In this document: one piece after another, positions 39,236 through 52,709 of the stretch
Layout of the letters: each line of letters opens with the position of its first letter
Position numbering within the stretch: the stretch's first letter is position 1
Assembly: GCA_028023455.1 (NCBI GenBank)
Contig: JAQFVV010000009.1
Coordinates: forward strand, 9,300,001 to 9,364,000
Length of the DNA stretch: 64,000 nt
Source: Epiperipatus broadwayi
Taxonomy: Eukaryota > Animalia > Onychophora
Reading direction: 5' to 3'
Made by a program: the position numbers and the translations under genes
Notes under the pieces: generated by a model
Told to the model about the DNA's origin: nothing
Databases searched by the model: none
Seen by the model: only the letters and a program-made list of their open reading frames with translations

Positions 39236-42200
39236 GTGGGTTCTTGATGGTACTGCAGCATCGCCTAGCGGCTGCATGACACAATCAGAACAACTAGTTA
39301 TATAAGATAGATGTTACTACATATGCAATGTAAATTGAATCTTTAAAATGGCTCCCTCACATTGAAAAGAGCAAAAATAAATATTTACAGAAAAAAAACT
39401 TTATATTAATTACATATATATATAATTAATGCTGTTATATAAAAATATTTTGTATTATATTGTTTTATTTATTTAAATATATGAAAGGGTACCATAATGA
39501 ATTAAATTTCTTTTAATTTTTGATAAAGTTATAATGTATGAATAAAAATAATTTTAATTAATGATATTAATCTTTATCCATCTGAAAGGTTTCATTTTAA
39601 AATGATACAATTTCAAGTAAAAAATTAGTATTACATCAACACTGAATTAAGATTTATGTAGGTATCTTTTAAGATCCCAAATGCTCTATTCAAAGTGAAC
39701 TATTAAAGTAGCAATCATTTTGCTTCAACATCTATTTATACAACCATTATTTTATAGACATTTTTGCTGAACTTTCCAGTAATCAATTATTAATTCTGTA
39801 TTAAAAAAATTATATTTTTACTATGTTTGCAAATATTTGGATAACAAAATGAATAATAATAATAAAAAAGATAATAATTACTTCAACAAAATAATTTACT
39901 TATTGATTGATAATGATAAATATATAATTGTAATTGTAATAAACAAACTAAATAAAATGATTTCTATTATCGTTTTTTTTTTCAGCACCGAGTAGAGAGT
40001 TTATTGCAGATCTCTTTAATATTTTACCTTCTAAAAAATGAAGATAATAATCCAAGATAATAAATCCTTTAATCTGATATAATTAACTACTTTGCATAAC
40101 TATCATAGGATAAAATCATATAAATTATATAAAAAGTGAAGGAAATATAAAAATAAAAGAATTGAAAGAAGTAAAGATATTCTTGTTCCAGAACTAGTTC
40201 TAATCAATGGACAGAAGTTTAAGTAGAACCTACCACAACCAATGCAAAGTATCTACAATAATGACAAAAAGGTGATATCTATTCTTATTTTGAAGAAAAA
40301 GTATGAAAAAACGAATTATTTAAAACATCCATGTAGATCTATGAATTGACACTAAAAATAAAAACTAATATAGGTTAAATAATCTAATTACTACAGATAG
40401 AGCAGAATGTTAATCTTTCCATAAGATCACTATTATAACTCATTTATCTTTCCTAACAATGAGGTGAAGCAGAAAGTTAGACCAGGATTTATAATGCATA
40501 TTTAGTAGCAGAAAAATTATAAAAGGACAATCTACCCAGATTATTACAGCCAACATTAAAAGAAATGCTATATCATCAAAAAAAAAACAGCCAAATCAGA
40601 AAACTTCTTCAGAAGCCAATCTTTCAAAATTACAAATAATTCAACAATATATTTCTTTCCACTATTCTCCATTATAACTCATCATCCATGTCTCTAAAAT
40701 ACCCATTTGCTATTAGAAATTTAAACAAATTATTAAATGTAAATAATAACTATTAATTTTAACAATGCATACACATACATTCTGCATATTTATTTTAATA
40801 TAATCAAAAAAGATTTAAAGAATAGTTCCAGCTTCTATTTTCTTCCCAAAGTCAATTTCATCAGAATGATACAAACTACTTTACTAAATTATATAATATT
40901 ATGACAAATATACTGTATTTAAAAAGCATGTAGAACTTCTATCATTGTACTGTAAAGAAATTGGGAAATTTTTATTTAAAAATACTCAGTGATATATATT
41001 CAAAAAATATGAAAGCAATTATAATTTAAAAAAAAAAAACAATATGTTCTACAGTTTGTTAGAGGTGATGGACATTAGTAATAGATATTTAAAGAACTAT
41101 TTTATTAAAAACTTGAGCAAAATTTTTCATGAAAAAAACAGAATCCATTTATATTATGAAAATTATCTTAAAAACTCTCTAAAAAGATGAAATATCATTT
41201 GTTTTCATAGAGTAATATAGCTGAGGATGGATTTCAATGGAAAGTAACAAAAAAATAAAGTATTAAAATTCTTTCAGAAAACAAATGTTTGTAACAAAAA
41301 AGATAAAAGATAGCATTATAAGATATCGCATAAGCAGATTAAAATATTAGGATATAAATATATGGTCATATTTGTAATTCATGGATTTGTACAGTCATCA
41401 CACAATTTATCATCAACATTTTATTCATTCTCTTTCTTCTGAATGATCATACTTGTTAATGAGTGGCTGCAAATTATGATACATATATATATAATACAAA
41501 TAAAATGTCCATTAATTAAAAACTATTGTAATAATTATCCTTATATTTGTTATTTTTATTGTTATATATATATATGGTTTCAGTTAGATTTTGTAAAATT
41601 AAGTTATTTGCAATAGAAAAGGTTGTCTGGCTATTACGCTTGACTTAAATAAAATACATGCTATATCTGGGTGAGTTTTCAAATTATCTGCTATTCAGTT
41701 ATCTATAAATAATTAGAAGAACCTTTCAAGACATTATGCATGAATTAAATAAAAATATGTTTTTGCTGAATATGTCTATATCACAACTTAATTATTTTTA
41801 ATTAATAATAATTGTAAAGGTCCTATGTTTTTTAGGTAAGTGTCCTTTCTTGCAATTATAATAATGTGTTCTTACTTAAAAAAGTAAATACATTTTCCTT
41901 ATATAACAGAATTGATCTTGACATTATCACTCTGAATTCGATCTAGCCATAATAGTCTATATACTGATATTAGGCAAGATCATGCTATAAAAATAGATCA
42001 AATATGGCATTTTTAATGTTGCTCCACAAAAATAAATCACAATAAAATCTGATATAGAATGACAAAACAATTTACAAAAGTTAGTGAACTTCATTTCCTG
42101 TACATCTTGATTTATTTTATATAGGTAAAGAGAAATTATCCCCATTTAGAACAACTATCACATAGAATTTTCCAATTTATTCTAAATCTTGTTTTTGTAT

Positions 42201-42734
42201 ATATACAAATCTATATATTTATATACACAAAATGTCTATAAATTAAACGATCATATTTCATTTCATTACTTTGAATAACCAAATTCCACATAAAACAATT
42301 ATTCTCAAAGTCAATGAAGTAAGGGTAACAAGTGAGAATAAATTTACATTGTAAAAAGAAACTCATTGCTTTATAATGAGTCTTTGAAACTTATAAACTG
42401 CAATTAATATACTAATAAATATAAATGTGTAAATATAATTTCTGTTTTACAAGTGAGCTTTGTAATAAATAAACAAACATAATTCATGTGTAGTGATTAA
42501 ACTTCAAGAATAATGGCACAACCATTTTCATATATTTCATAAGATTTACTACAAAAATTCCTATTCCTAATAAGGAGCATTTTTCTTCCCAATGTATATT
42601 TATTAGTGTATTTAAAAATGATACCCAAATAAAAAATTAAGTAATGATATTTGAAAATAGAAAAGATATTTTGAAATATAAAAAAAACATCATTTTAATT
42701 TTATAAATAAACTATAATATTAAAATAATATTAC

Positions 42735-43015
42735 CCATTCTGTTGCAAAAGCGCTTCTACATGTTGATATATATACAGAGATCTGAGGCAATTGAGAGAA
42801 GGTGTCAATGTGTCATCAATGTTCAAATGAATTACGACTGAGTTCTTTCTTTTATGACAGCCATATAGCTCCTTTTGGCTATGAATTTGCTGCAAAACTG
42901 ATTGAAATGCTGCAGTTCGATATAAAAAAATACCCAAATTATGATCAGATTGAATGTAACAGTGGTTTACTGGAATTGTGTATTGTTTAGTTGATTTACA
43001 CAGCAACTCATTTAA
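42735..43015 (-). CDS. DALRD3: Internal coding exon of a probable DALR anticodon-binding domain-containing protein 3 gene (N-terminal ArgRS-like region)
   Basis: Poly-T acceptor (AG 43017-43016) and GTAATA donor (42734) flank an open 281-nt frame. The peptide PVNHC..LGIFLYRTAAFQSVLQQI..VVIH..SLNCLRSLYIYQHVEALLQQNG parallels, from memory, human DALRD3 PVLRC..[44 protein letters not shown]. No other exons were identified. Confidence 0.65.
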
Positions 43016-43918
43016 CTAAAAAAAAAAAAAAAATTATATATTTCACACAAAATACAAAAACAAAAAGAGGTAAAAAGGTAGATTACATAACTTTAAATAA
43101 TAACTAAGAATAGCTAATATTATTTATTGACCAAGAATTTCATGATTAATATATTGATAAAGTGTCAAGTATCTAATATATATAAATACCAAATTATAAA
43201 TATAAAAGCCAAATGCACTAATTTCTACAGTACAAGATCTCTAAAGATTTAAATAATTTCTTATAAATATTTTAAACATTATACTATATATATATAGTTA
43301 TAAAAAAAATACAAAATCTTTTTGAGTTTTATAATGTGACTAACCCTTGTCAAATAGCACACATCAATGCAGTAGTTTAATTTTTTTTTCTTCATATCTC
43401 TTTACTCTATGATGATGGCAATAGCCTTATTGATTTGCATTCTCATATCAGATGGATTTTGTGGTAATGGAATAACAAACATGATATACTTGACTAAGTT
43501 CCATGATATAAGAGATTAGAAAACATTTTTAAATTGTTTATCTAAGTCATTGTCCTGTTAACTAGTATTAGGTAGCTATCATTTAAAGCAAACAATGAGA
43601 TACTACCAGATTCATAATAAAGTCAGATTTGTAATCCATTACACATGGCATCAACAATTTGGTCAACATTTTGCACTTAGTTTAATCAAGAAATAAACAT
43701 TTTTATAATTACCTAGCATAGAATACAGTGAATTTGATAAATAACATTTTAAAATATTAGAATCGATTTCAGCACTTCAAGTCAGTTATCATTGACTGAA
43801 CAACATCCCCATAAAATAATAACTTTAGTTTGGTAGTTTCTTGTTAACATATCTTTAAGGCAAATTTTAAAGGTAATTGTAAAATCATCTAAATCTTTTA
43901 AATTCATTATATATATAT

Positions 43919-44542
43919 AATAAATAAAATATCCGTTAATTAAAAACAATATTGTAATTATAATTGAAATAATATTTTTAATGGTTTATAAACAATTACA
44001 AACAATCTTAAAAATCCGCAGAAGTACTTTCGGTTACTTTCTAACCTGCCTCAACTGCCATTAAATTCAAAAACCAAAAGCGGAAGCAAACGTCATCAAT
44101 TCAAATTCCACGAATCTCGTATTTTAATGTTAGAAGCTTGTCGATTTATTAAATGCGTTTTATTCCTGTTTATTTTGAAAATGTGAAAATTCTTCATGAA
44201 TCTTCAGTTTTCTTTGATCACGAAAAAACATGTAAATATAAATTTAAATTTAATTTTGAAAATGTGAAAATTCTTCATGAAGAGAGAAACCATAGTAAAA
44301 GAAAAATTAAAGAGGCAATTTTTATAAACAGGAATAAAACGCATTTAATAAATCGACAAGCTTCTAACATTAAAATACGAGATTCGTGGAATTTGAATTG
44401 ATGATGTTTGCTTCCGCTTTTGGTTTTTGAATTTAATGGCAGTTGAGGCAGGTTAGAAAGTAACTGAAAGTACTTCTGCGGATTTTTAAGATTGTTTGTA
44501 ATTGTTTATAAACCGTTAAAAATATTATTTCAATTATAATTA
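43919..44542. mobile_element. Penelope-like element family B: fold-back of the GIY-YIG C-terminus and 3' end, in a (TA)n site
   Basis: Arms 43955-44173 and 44324-44542 are near-identical reverse complements, and the left arm has a ~36-nt extra tail. ORF 44153-44401 ends in FNFENVKILHEERNHSKRKIKEAIFI, a PLE endonuclease C-terminus. A 28-nt duplication (44173-44200 and 44254-44281) marks the junction. Confidence 0.85.
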
Positions 44543-44544
44543 TA

Positions 44545-44945
44545 TATATATGTAATAGACAGGGTATGAGCACAGACTTTCACATGACCCACCACTCTCC
44601 ACACTATCTCATAACACTGATACACTTGAACACACATATGTCGAAAAGATAAATAATCACCAATATACGTATTTCATGCTAAACCAACAATCATCAGTTG
44701 GTCCAGATTACCATCTCTACACATCTCAATATATATCTGAGCACTTGTAGCATATATGTGTAGAGATGGTAATCTGGACCAACTGATGATTGCTGGTTTA
44801 GCATGAAATACATATATTGGTTATTATTTATCTTTCCGACATATGTGTGTTCAGGTGTATCAGTGTTATGAGATAATGTGGAGAGTGGTGGGTCATGTGA
44901 AAGTCTGTGCTCATACCCTATTACATATATAGACACAGGTATATA
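44545..44945. mobile_element. HHR family 3a fold-back with a hammerhead motif in each arm
   Basis: Arms ~44545-44722 and ~44757-44942 are near-identical. The + arm reads GACCAA-CTGATGA(44783-44789)-TTGCT-GGTTT-AGCAT-GAAA-TACAT-ATA-TTGGTT. The - arm (44657-44702) keeps the palindrome ATACGTAT in stem III. Confidence 0.85.
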
Positions 44946-45372
44946 TAAGCCTGTGTATTTCATCTATTATATATATATATAAGATAGATAGGTAAACTAG
45001 TGTTAAGCAGTTTACTATAAGACAAAGATTTATCCAAATCTCAGAAGAGAAATAGTAATGAAGACAATAATCACCAAGTTAGCATATGTCAGCTGTTTAC
45101 TGTTGCAAAATTGGAGAGCTTTCTATATTGACTATAGGCTGATTGACTAAAAGAAAAATCCTAAACTTGGTTTGAAAAGTTGTTACCTAAACCAATTTCC
45201 AAGTAATACCAAATTTGAACACATCATGTTATGAATATAAAGGTGATGCATTACTCATTAAATCAGAAGTACCTTATATATATCTATACGTAAATTTATA
45301 AATATTTATTTATAAATTTACGTATATTATTTTGAAGAAATACAGACATCGATTTGTAATATTATAATATAT

Positions 45373-46120
45373 TGTAATGGGATGGGGGTAATGGAGGTGA
45401 AGAAAAAAGAAAAAATGAACCTGGGTGATGGAAAAATCATCACCAACCCCAGATCAATACAAAATCAATAACAGTATATTTAAGGGAGCATAAGAGATGA
45501 GATCTCCCTGAGAGATCATTGAGAGATCAGCCAGCTAACTCAAAAGAGCAACTAAAAGCATAATTATTTATCAACCAGCGTTATAAAATAAAAGTAAGTA
45601 TAAGTAAATATAAAGAGAAATAACCATCCATCATCATCATTGATGGGAATAAACAAATCAGTACAATAAAACATATAAATCAACAATCAAACTTATGACT
45701 GGATTGGAAATGGGTCTTCTTTAGACCAGGCTAATTATTGAGCCCTTGCCAGCTTGGGCAATTATTTAACCATTAATTTGGAGGCACAAACTATGTCCTC
45801 ATCCATCAGAATACATACGAATTAAACAATAATGCTGGGACATTAGAACATGCTGATCATCATCAATGCTCAGGCCACTTGTATTGGCCAACTATAAACT
45901 TAACTCTTAATAAGGCTAAACTAAAATAAAATATAGTGCATGGGCTTTAAAGAGTATTCTCTTTTGTGCCAACCAGGATGATGATTGATCATCTCTGGAT
46001 GCCCCAAAGCACTAAGTACACATCCCCAATTATTTATTCATCCCATGCACGAATCTAGCTCAGAGAACATAAGCTCTATTACTGTATGTGACCAAGAGAT
46101 GATGAAAACAATTTTTAACA
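45373..46120 (+). mobile_element. Candidate solo LTR
   Basis: Begins TGTAA and could end TTAACA (46120) or TTACA (46211). It is more GC-rich than the flanks, with TATA-like (TATATTTAAGGG ~45475) and AATAAA motifs. The TSD is not convincing. Confidence 0.3.
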
Positions 46121-49100
46121 ATTAAATAAGTTTATTAATAACAATAAAAAACGAATTTACAGTCTTATAAAATAAAATTACACACATATAAGCTGTCTGA
46201 TTTTGATTACAATACAAAATTTCAAATGATCACATTGAGATTTAAATAATTATTCAACATTTAAATTGTTACACTGATTTACGTATATGTGTGCACAAAT
46301 GCGCAACTTATAATATACAATTAATATTAAAAAAATGAATTGACATTTAAATAAAAAAAATAATATTAACATTTTACATATATGAGTGTGCGCATACACA
46401 CACACTGGCTTCTGTCTATTTCAACTTGCTACAATAATGTTATCTTTCTTCTAATTAATTCAATATTAAAAGTATATATTCTTTTAATGTGTTTTTTTTT
46501 AAGGAATTACTAAAACAATTTCTTCAAAAATATATTATCAAATCATCTTTCTTTTAGACATTTGACTCAAGCGAATTATTTACTTGTTTGTTTTAACTCT
46601 AAGTTATTAATTTATAATTTTAAAAGTCGTTTTAAGGAATAGTAAAATAAAATAACTCACTATAGATACATATCTGCGTTTCCCTGCGTGTATAGATAAA
46701 CAGTAGCATAAATATATCAATTTCTTCATGCTTTCTCTTGGTAAGCTTGGTTTCTAGCCCATCAGAAAAAATATAATTCCAGGCTTGTTGTCATCATCAG
46801 GTAAAAGTACATAATTCATGTAAAATCTTGATCTGAAGTTGGTTTTTTTCTGTCTAGGATTGTTCCAGGCAAGAAGCTGTCTTGGTTTGATAGATTTCGG
46901 GCCAGCAACTGTCCTCTTCCCGCTTAAGGCTGTGAATTTCAGCATAAAAAAGTGAGTCATTTTCTCCATGTGAATTCAAACTCCTGTTAAGAAAAACAGT
47001 CTACTATCTTGCCTTCAGCTACATCAATTTATGGTAGCTATTCTGCAAATTCTATGGTCAGTTAAAACCAACTGCTGCACTTCATCAAATTGCAACAAAA
47101 TATTGTAACCAACTTTTCAGCTGACCGTTCTTACAAAAATTATTATCCAGACTGTTCTCTTCAAAAATCACTATCCACACTGAAGCTAATTTGGTTACAA
47201 TATATATATAGATACACATATACATAATTTTTAAACCAATATTTTCTGCACTTAAGAATAATGACATCTTTATAACTTTCTTTTAAGTGTGAACAAAACC
47301 CTAAATTCTATGAATGCAATTAGTAATAACATCAATTTCTAGCAATTTAAATTTCAATCATGAAAGAAGCATTGCTAAATAAAATCTTCCAAATTCCAAT
47401 CCAATAATAATAGATTTTGCTATATGGCATTCAAGATAACAATCCAATTATTATATGCATCTATCTGGAAAGTCAGTGACATTGGGTTGAAAATGTTATG
47501 GTGTTAAATCTTTATTGTACTCTTTCTTAACTAAGCAAAAAATTAAAAAACAGATTCCTTATTATCAATTTTGATATTCTAACTATGCTATTTAAATTCT
47601 CATGAAAATAAATTATTTCAGTATATTTTCACATAAAAAGCTAACAATTACTATAGTTATAAATTTTCTAAATATATCCATAAGCATATGAACCACGGTA
47701 GAATTTTGTGGGTATATAACATATCCAATTATGTAATTAATTAATCCTATTAATGAGTGCTTTTAAACACCATCCATTAACTCATTATTTAACTAAGATA
47801 TAAGTATCATATAACAGTCAAATTCTGAATTGTGAATTTTAAGATTCATAGACTTGTTTCAGAAGTTCCTCCTTATGTCCTGTGCCAAACTCCAATATTA
47901 TTAATCATAAATCAAAATATGTGAAGACGATGAAGCAAAAAAAAAAGAAGTATGAAACTGATAAACATGCTTTTAATAAAAGAATGAATTAATTTAACAA
48001 AATGATAAAATGTAACTCCACACATTTAGCAATGAGACATTTTATGAAGCAAAAACAAAGAACAACTACAAACAAAAATATATTTAGAAGCATTTTAAAT
48101 TTAGAGGTAGAAAATTATCAATGTTTACATATCTATGATTTCCTTTTTAAATTTAAAAAAAAAACTATAAGACATCCTTAATAAAAAATGAAACTGAATT
48201 GATTTGGAAAAAAAGGACAAGATCAAAACAGAATAAATAACATGGATTTATATATCAAAAACCTAGACTATTAAAACATAAATATTTGAAAGCTTTAAAA
48301 TTAGATATGTAGAAAGATGTGTAGAATAAACCAAATCAATATGAAATATTTTGAAATAAAAGTGAGATAAAAGAAAGAATATAAAAAAGATCAATTTATA
48401 ACAACTCGTCTCTTTTTTAATACAATACTGCATCTAATAATTCTCTTTGGCAAATGAAGTAAACCAATTAGAAGACTTCAATGCAATGGATTGCACTGCC
48501 ACCTAAATATTTCTATTTTTAAGCAGACAGGGAGATATTAAAAAAAAATGATAGAATCAGTTTCAAGGCAAAATAGTTTTTTAATTGTATGATCAGTTAT
48601 TTAGTAGATTGTATAATATTTGAGAATTGGTAAAAAAAAAAAAATGACCATGATGTTCTTTTATTAATTAATTAAACAAATATGCTTTGTTATTACATTT
48701 TCTGGCTGGATATCCAAGAGTCTTCTTCGAGTCCGGCATTCTTATTATTGAACCAAACTTTCTGGTGGCCTTTGCTTAATAATAATGATGAATAATTATT
48801 CTGATTATATAGTAAAATAAAGAATTCAAATATTCATAATGTAATTTCTACATTCAACCATTAGAGCGTGATTATAAAAAGATATCCATACAGTATAATA
48901 TAGAGGCTAGAAATTAACATGTAGATTGTCAGTGATAAATATAATCACTATATGAGATTTCCTTCAGAATGACAAAATAATGATGGTATTTGTCAATGCA
49001 TATTTTACATAACTCAGTTGAATCTGGAACAATTTTATTTGAAACTCTTTTGGAAGTCAATTGCATTCCGTGAACAATTTTTGCTAATCAGGTGAATTAA

Positions 49101-50041
49101 GAGTGTTAGACATTTGTATAGCCATGTCATATTCTTGAAATTTTCAGTTTAGTCCTCTTTAAGTAAACTCCATTTGGTTCAGTGAAATAAAATTATTGAT
49201 TCAGACATAATTTCTTTTCAAAGTAGCTGTGCACAAAATACAGTGGCACAAACAACTTTCATGGGTAATAAAAAAAAAAATTCATGCTATTGCAATTTTC
49301 ACAATTATGAATTGTAATGTCTCCAATCATAATTATATTCAATGTATTTTAAAGCCACCTACTAAACTTGAGTAATCAATCGATATTCCGGATGGATTAG
49401 TGCTATAAAATTCTTATCTTCAGAAGTTTCTGGCTCATCTTCATCAATAAAGACTAAAATCAAAATTGAAATTAATGCATTTATGCACCTAACAGCCATA
49501 TTTTACTCCTCTATATTATTCAAGCTCATATCTTTAAATTAAAAAAACAAAACAACTAAGATTTTGAATTCAGATTAAATTGCTTGCATAGTTATATCTA
49601 TCTGATACCAAATCAATTCCTATATATATATATATTTTAAAAATACAATTTTATGACTACTGTTAGATTTTTGGCTAGAAAGATATGCTTTCAATCAATT
49701 ATCTTCACTCTATTCTAAAGCCATCTATATAAACTTGACTAGTTGGTGATCACCAAATAATATAGTGCTACAAAATCCATCTCCAGACCAATTTCTGGCT
49801 TGCCTTCAACAATGAAATCTAGGAATCAAAGCTGATGAAAAAATCTATAGAACTACACAAATAAGTTAGCCTGGGTTAATTTCAGTATATTAATTTGAAT
49901 AGTTTAAAGAATAAGAGATGAAATGCATTAATTCCAGTTTTAAATTATACTCTTCAATGATTTGAAGGCAAAAGTTAGAAAAATCCATATATTAAATAAA
50001 TAAACAAATAGAATTCATCGCACTTATAAATGTTAATCTTC

Positions 50042-50769
50042 ACATGATCACTATCTCCCATGCTTGCTCATAACTGTTGTTAAAATAGGCAAAACTCTCT
50101 CCATACAGTAGTGCCACTCAAAGCAAGACAGAGTAATCAATGAATGCCAGAAGGCGTGTGCATAAAATTCCTATCTAGTGCTCACTCATCCAATATCCCC
50201 AAACTAGTTTCTGGCTTGTGACCTTCATCAGTGAGGAGCCATCTTAGGATCTAATGCAATCCTCCAGCAGCCACCTTTTATCTCTACATAACTACAAAAC
50301 TATGAGAATAAAATTTGAAAACACACAAATATTTTCAATCTAAGCTCAATAGATTATATAGTCATATGGATCTGAACTCAGTTTAGCATCCATACATTTT
50401 GATGTCTTTGGTTCTCTTATAACCATAGCCACCACCTTCCTATTAGGCAGGATTGGTATTAAACCTTTAAACATCACATGATCACTATCTCCCATGCTTG
50501 CTCATAACTGTTGTTAAAATAGACAAAACTCTCTCCATACGGTAGTGCCACTCAAAGTAAGACAGAGTAATCAATGAATGCCACAAGGATTGTGCATAAA
50601 AGCCCTATCTAGTGCCTACTTATCCAATATCCCCAAACTAGTTTCTGGCTTGTGGCCTTCATCAGTGAGGAGCCTTGGATCTGAGAACACTGCACCTAGA
50701 TCTTAGGATCATTGATTACTCTAGCTTCCTTTGAGTGGCACTACTGTATGGAAAGAGTTTTGCCTATTT
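50042..50769. mobile_element. HHR family 2: ~1.5 tandem units (434-bp period) plus a short inverted arm, with 15-bp TSD and two hammerheads on the - strand
   Basis: TAAATGTTAATCTTC at 50027-50041 and 50770-50784. CACATGATCA repeats at 50041 and 50475. The HHR reverse complement CCTCA-CTGATGA-A-GG(C/T)-CACAA-GCC-A-GAAAC-TA-GTT-TGGGG lies at 50195-50238 and 50629-50673. The inverted arm spans 50709-50769. Confidence 0.9.
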
Positions 50770-52029
50770 TAAATGTTAATCTTCTTGTCTTTTTACCAAA
50801 AAGTCAAAGATATCCAATCAAATGCAAAAATACTATGATTAATCTGATACATTCCCAGCATATAATACCAATAATAATAAAATTTTAGTAAAAGAATCTG
50901 TCTTTTCAATATCCATAAAAAAAATTTTTTTTTATCAAAAATTAACATAAATGTGGATTTGAATAGATATTTTGGATGTAGTGTCTGGAATATCCTAGTG
51001 CCTCATTGAGGAATGCTTAAAGCTTGAAACCTGTCTGAGGATAAGGATGATTTCTAGAAAGAGATTTTAAAATGCTTTCTCTTGATGGCATTTATCTATA
51101 AAGCTTGTTAGAGCTTGCATACTTTTTAGTTTTTATAATTATACATTTATTAAATTAAGTCATGTGATGTATGACTTATTTTTAGTTACTAAATTGCAAA
51201 TCTGATATTTCTTGGGTTTTTTTTTTTGCTTATTTATCAGATAATAGACTAAAAAGTAAGCAATTACATCAAATATTCAAGGGAATTTGTTAATTGACTG
51301 TTTGAAAAAAATCCCACACTATATTTAATTAACAAATAGTAAAGATATTCCCAAATACAAGATAAATAAAGTGTCAAAGTAAATGTAAAAACCTTTTAAC
51401 AGTATTTATTATGTAAGTACAGTACTTTTAAAAAATAACTAAAAACAAAATAAAAAAATCAGTAAACCATCTAACAATAATGTTATTCCAAAGCAAGTGT
51501 AAATTAATAAGAAAAAATATTTTAAACTTTCATATTTTAGCTATTAAATGTATATCACAATATTTTACACTATAAAATATTTAATTGACTTTCCTGCTTA
51601 TTTCAAGCCTTGTAAAAATAAAGAAAAAAAAGGTGACAGAATTTAAATAATAGTTAAAAGTAATAACAGATACATATATTACTTCCTCCTTTGATAAAAT
51701 AAAATTGCAAAACCATTTTTTTACAGAAACCTTTTTTTTTTTTTATTGTTTAATGAATGAAAAAAACATTTTGATACCTTTTTTTAAATTTTCGTTATAA
51801 CGTTTGCATTTTTTAATGTCATTTCTAAAAAAAAAAAAAATCCCATTTTTTCAGAGATTTTATAGTACATTTGTACTAATACCGTGTAATATGGTTTTAC
51901 TCTCAAAAAAAGATTATAATAAATTTGAAACATTAGGATGATCTTTAATTTGCACAAAAAAAATTTTTTTTTTCATGTAACTATTTAATATTCTTCATGT
52001 AATAGAAATATACTGTATATGATAGTGAC

Positions 52030-52078
52030 CTGGGCCAACTGATTAGTGATGGTTCAGCATGAAATGCATCTTGGGGGG
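52030..52078 (+). ncRNA. Isolated decayed family 3 hammerhead fragment
   Basis: GGCCAA-CTGATTA-GTGATGGTTCAGCAT-GAAA-TGCATC-TTGGGG; core G8 is mutated and stem III is shortened. Confidence 0.6.
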
Positions 52079-52426
52079 TCATTTGTCTTTTATTGTATCT
52101 TTATTTATATGAATTTAAAAAGAATGTGGAAGTATGGAGATTGTTTAATATATCTATAAAGATATTACACTTGGGAAAGAGAAAGGTGTTTGTATGTTTT
52201 TTTAAAAAAAAAACCCCAGCTATATTAATCTTTAACTGAGGTTTAAAGTTTATATCTGTGCTAGAGATAATGTCTCATTTAGTAAATGGTTAGTAATAAT
52301 CATTATTGTATTTATCTGAAGTTGTGAGTGGAGTGAGTTTGACAGTTATAAATAAAAATGTAACAATAAAAAAAGGTTTTATAAAAAAAATGGTGGTTGG
52401 AATTTCATTCTTAAACTATAGGTCTT

Positions 52427-52709
52427 AAGCCAATAAACATCACATGATCACCATTTTTTATGCTTGATTATAACTGTTATTAAAACAGGCAAAACTCTAT
52501 ACATATTGCCACTCAATGCAAACCAGAGTAGCTAAGTGCTCTCAGACCCAAGGCTCCTCACTGACGAAGGCCACAAGCCAGAAACTAGTCTGGGGATATT
52601 GGATGAGTAGGCACTAGATGGGGATTTTATGCACAAGCCTTCTGGCATCCATTGATTACTCAGGTTTGCATTGAGTAGCAATATGTATAGAGAGTTTTGC
52701 CTGTTTTAA
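52427..52709. mobile_element. HHR family 2 fold-back with 15-bp TSD, containing the best-preserved family 2 hammerhead (+, predicted cleavage after GUC at 52590)
   Basis: TAAACTATAGGTCTT at 52412-52426 and 52710-52724. HHR: TCCTCA-CTGACGA(52561-52567)-A-GGC-CACAA-GCC-A-GAAA-C-TA-GTC-TGGGGA, with palindromic stem III ACTAGT and a 6-bp stem I. Confidence 0.9.

Noticed and set aside
48700-49450. Possible decayed LINE C-terminal zinc finger; similar weak LINE-like stretches at 33.7-35.5, 40.2-40.9 and 56.4-56.8 kb
   Set aside because: Only isolated motif-like words remain, so boundaries and clade cannot be supported.
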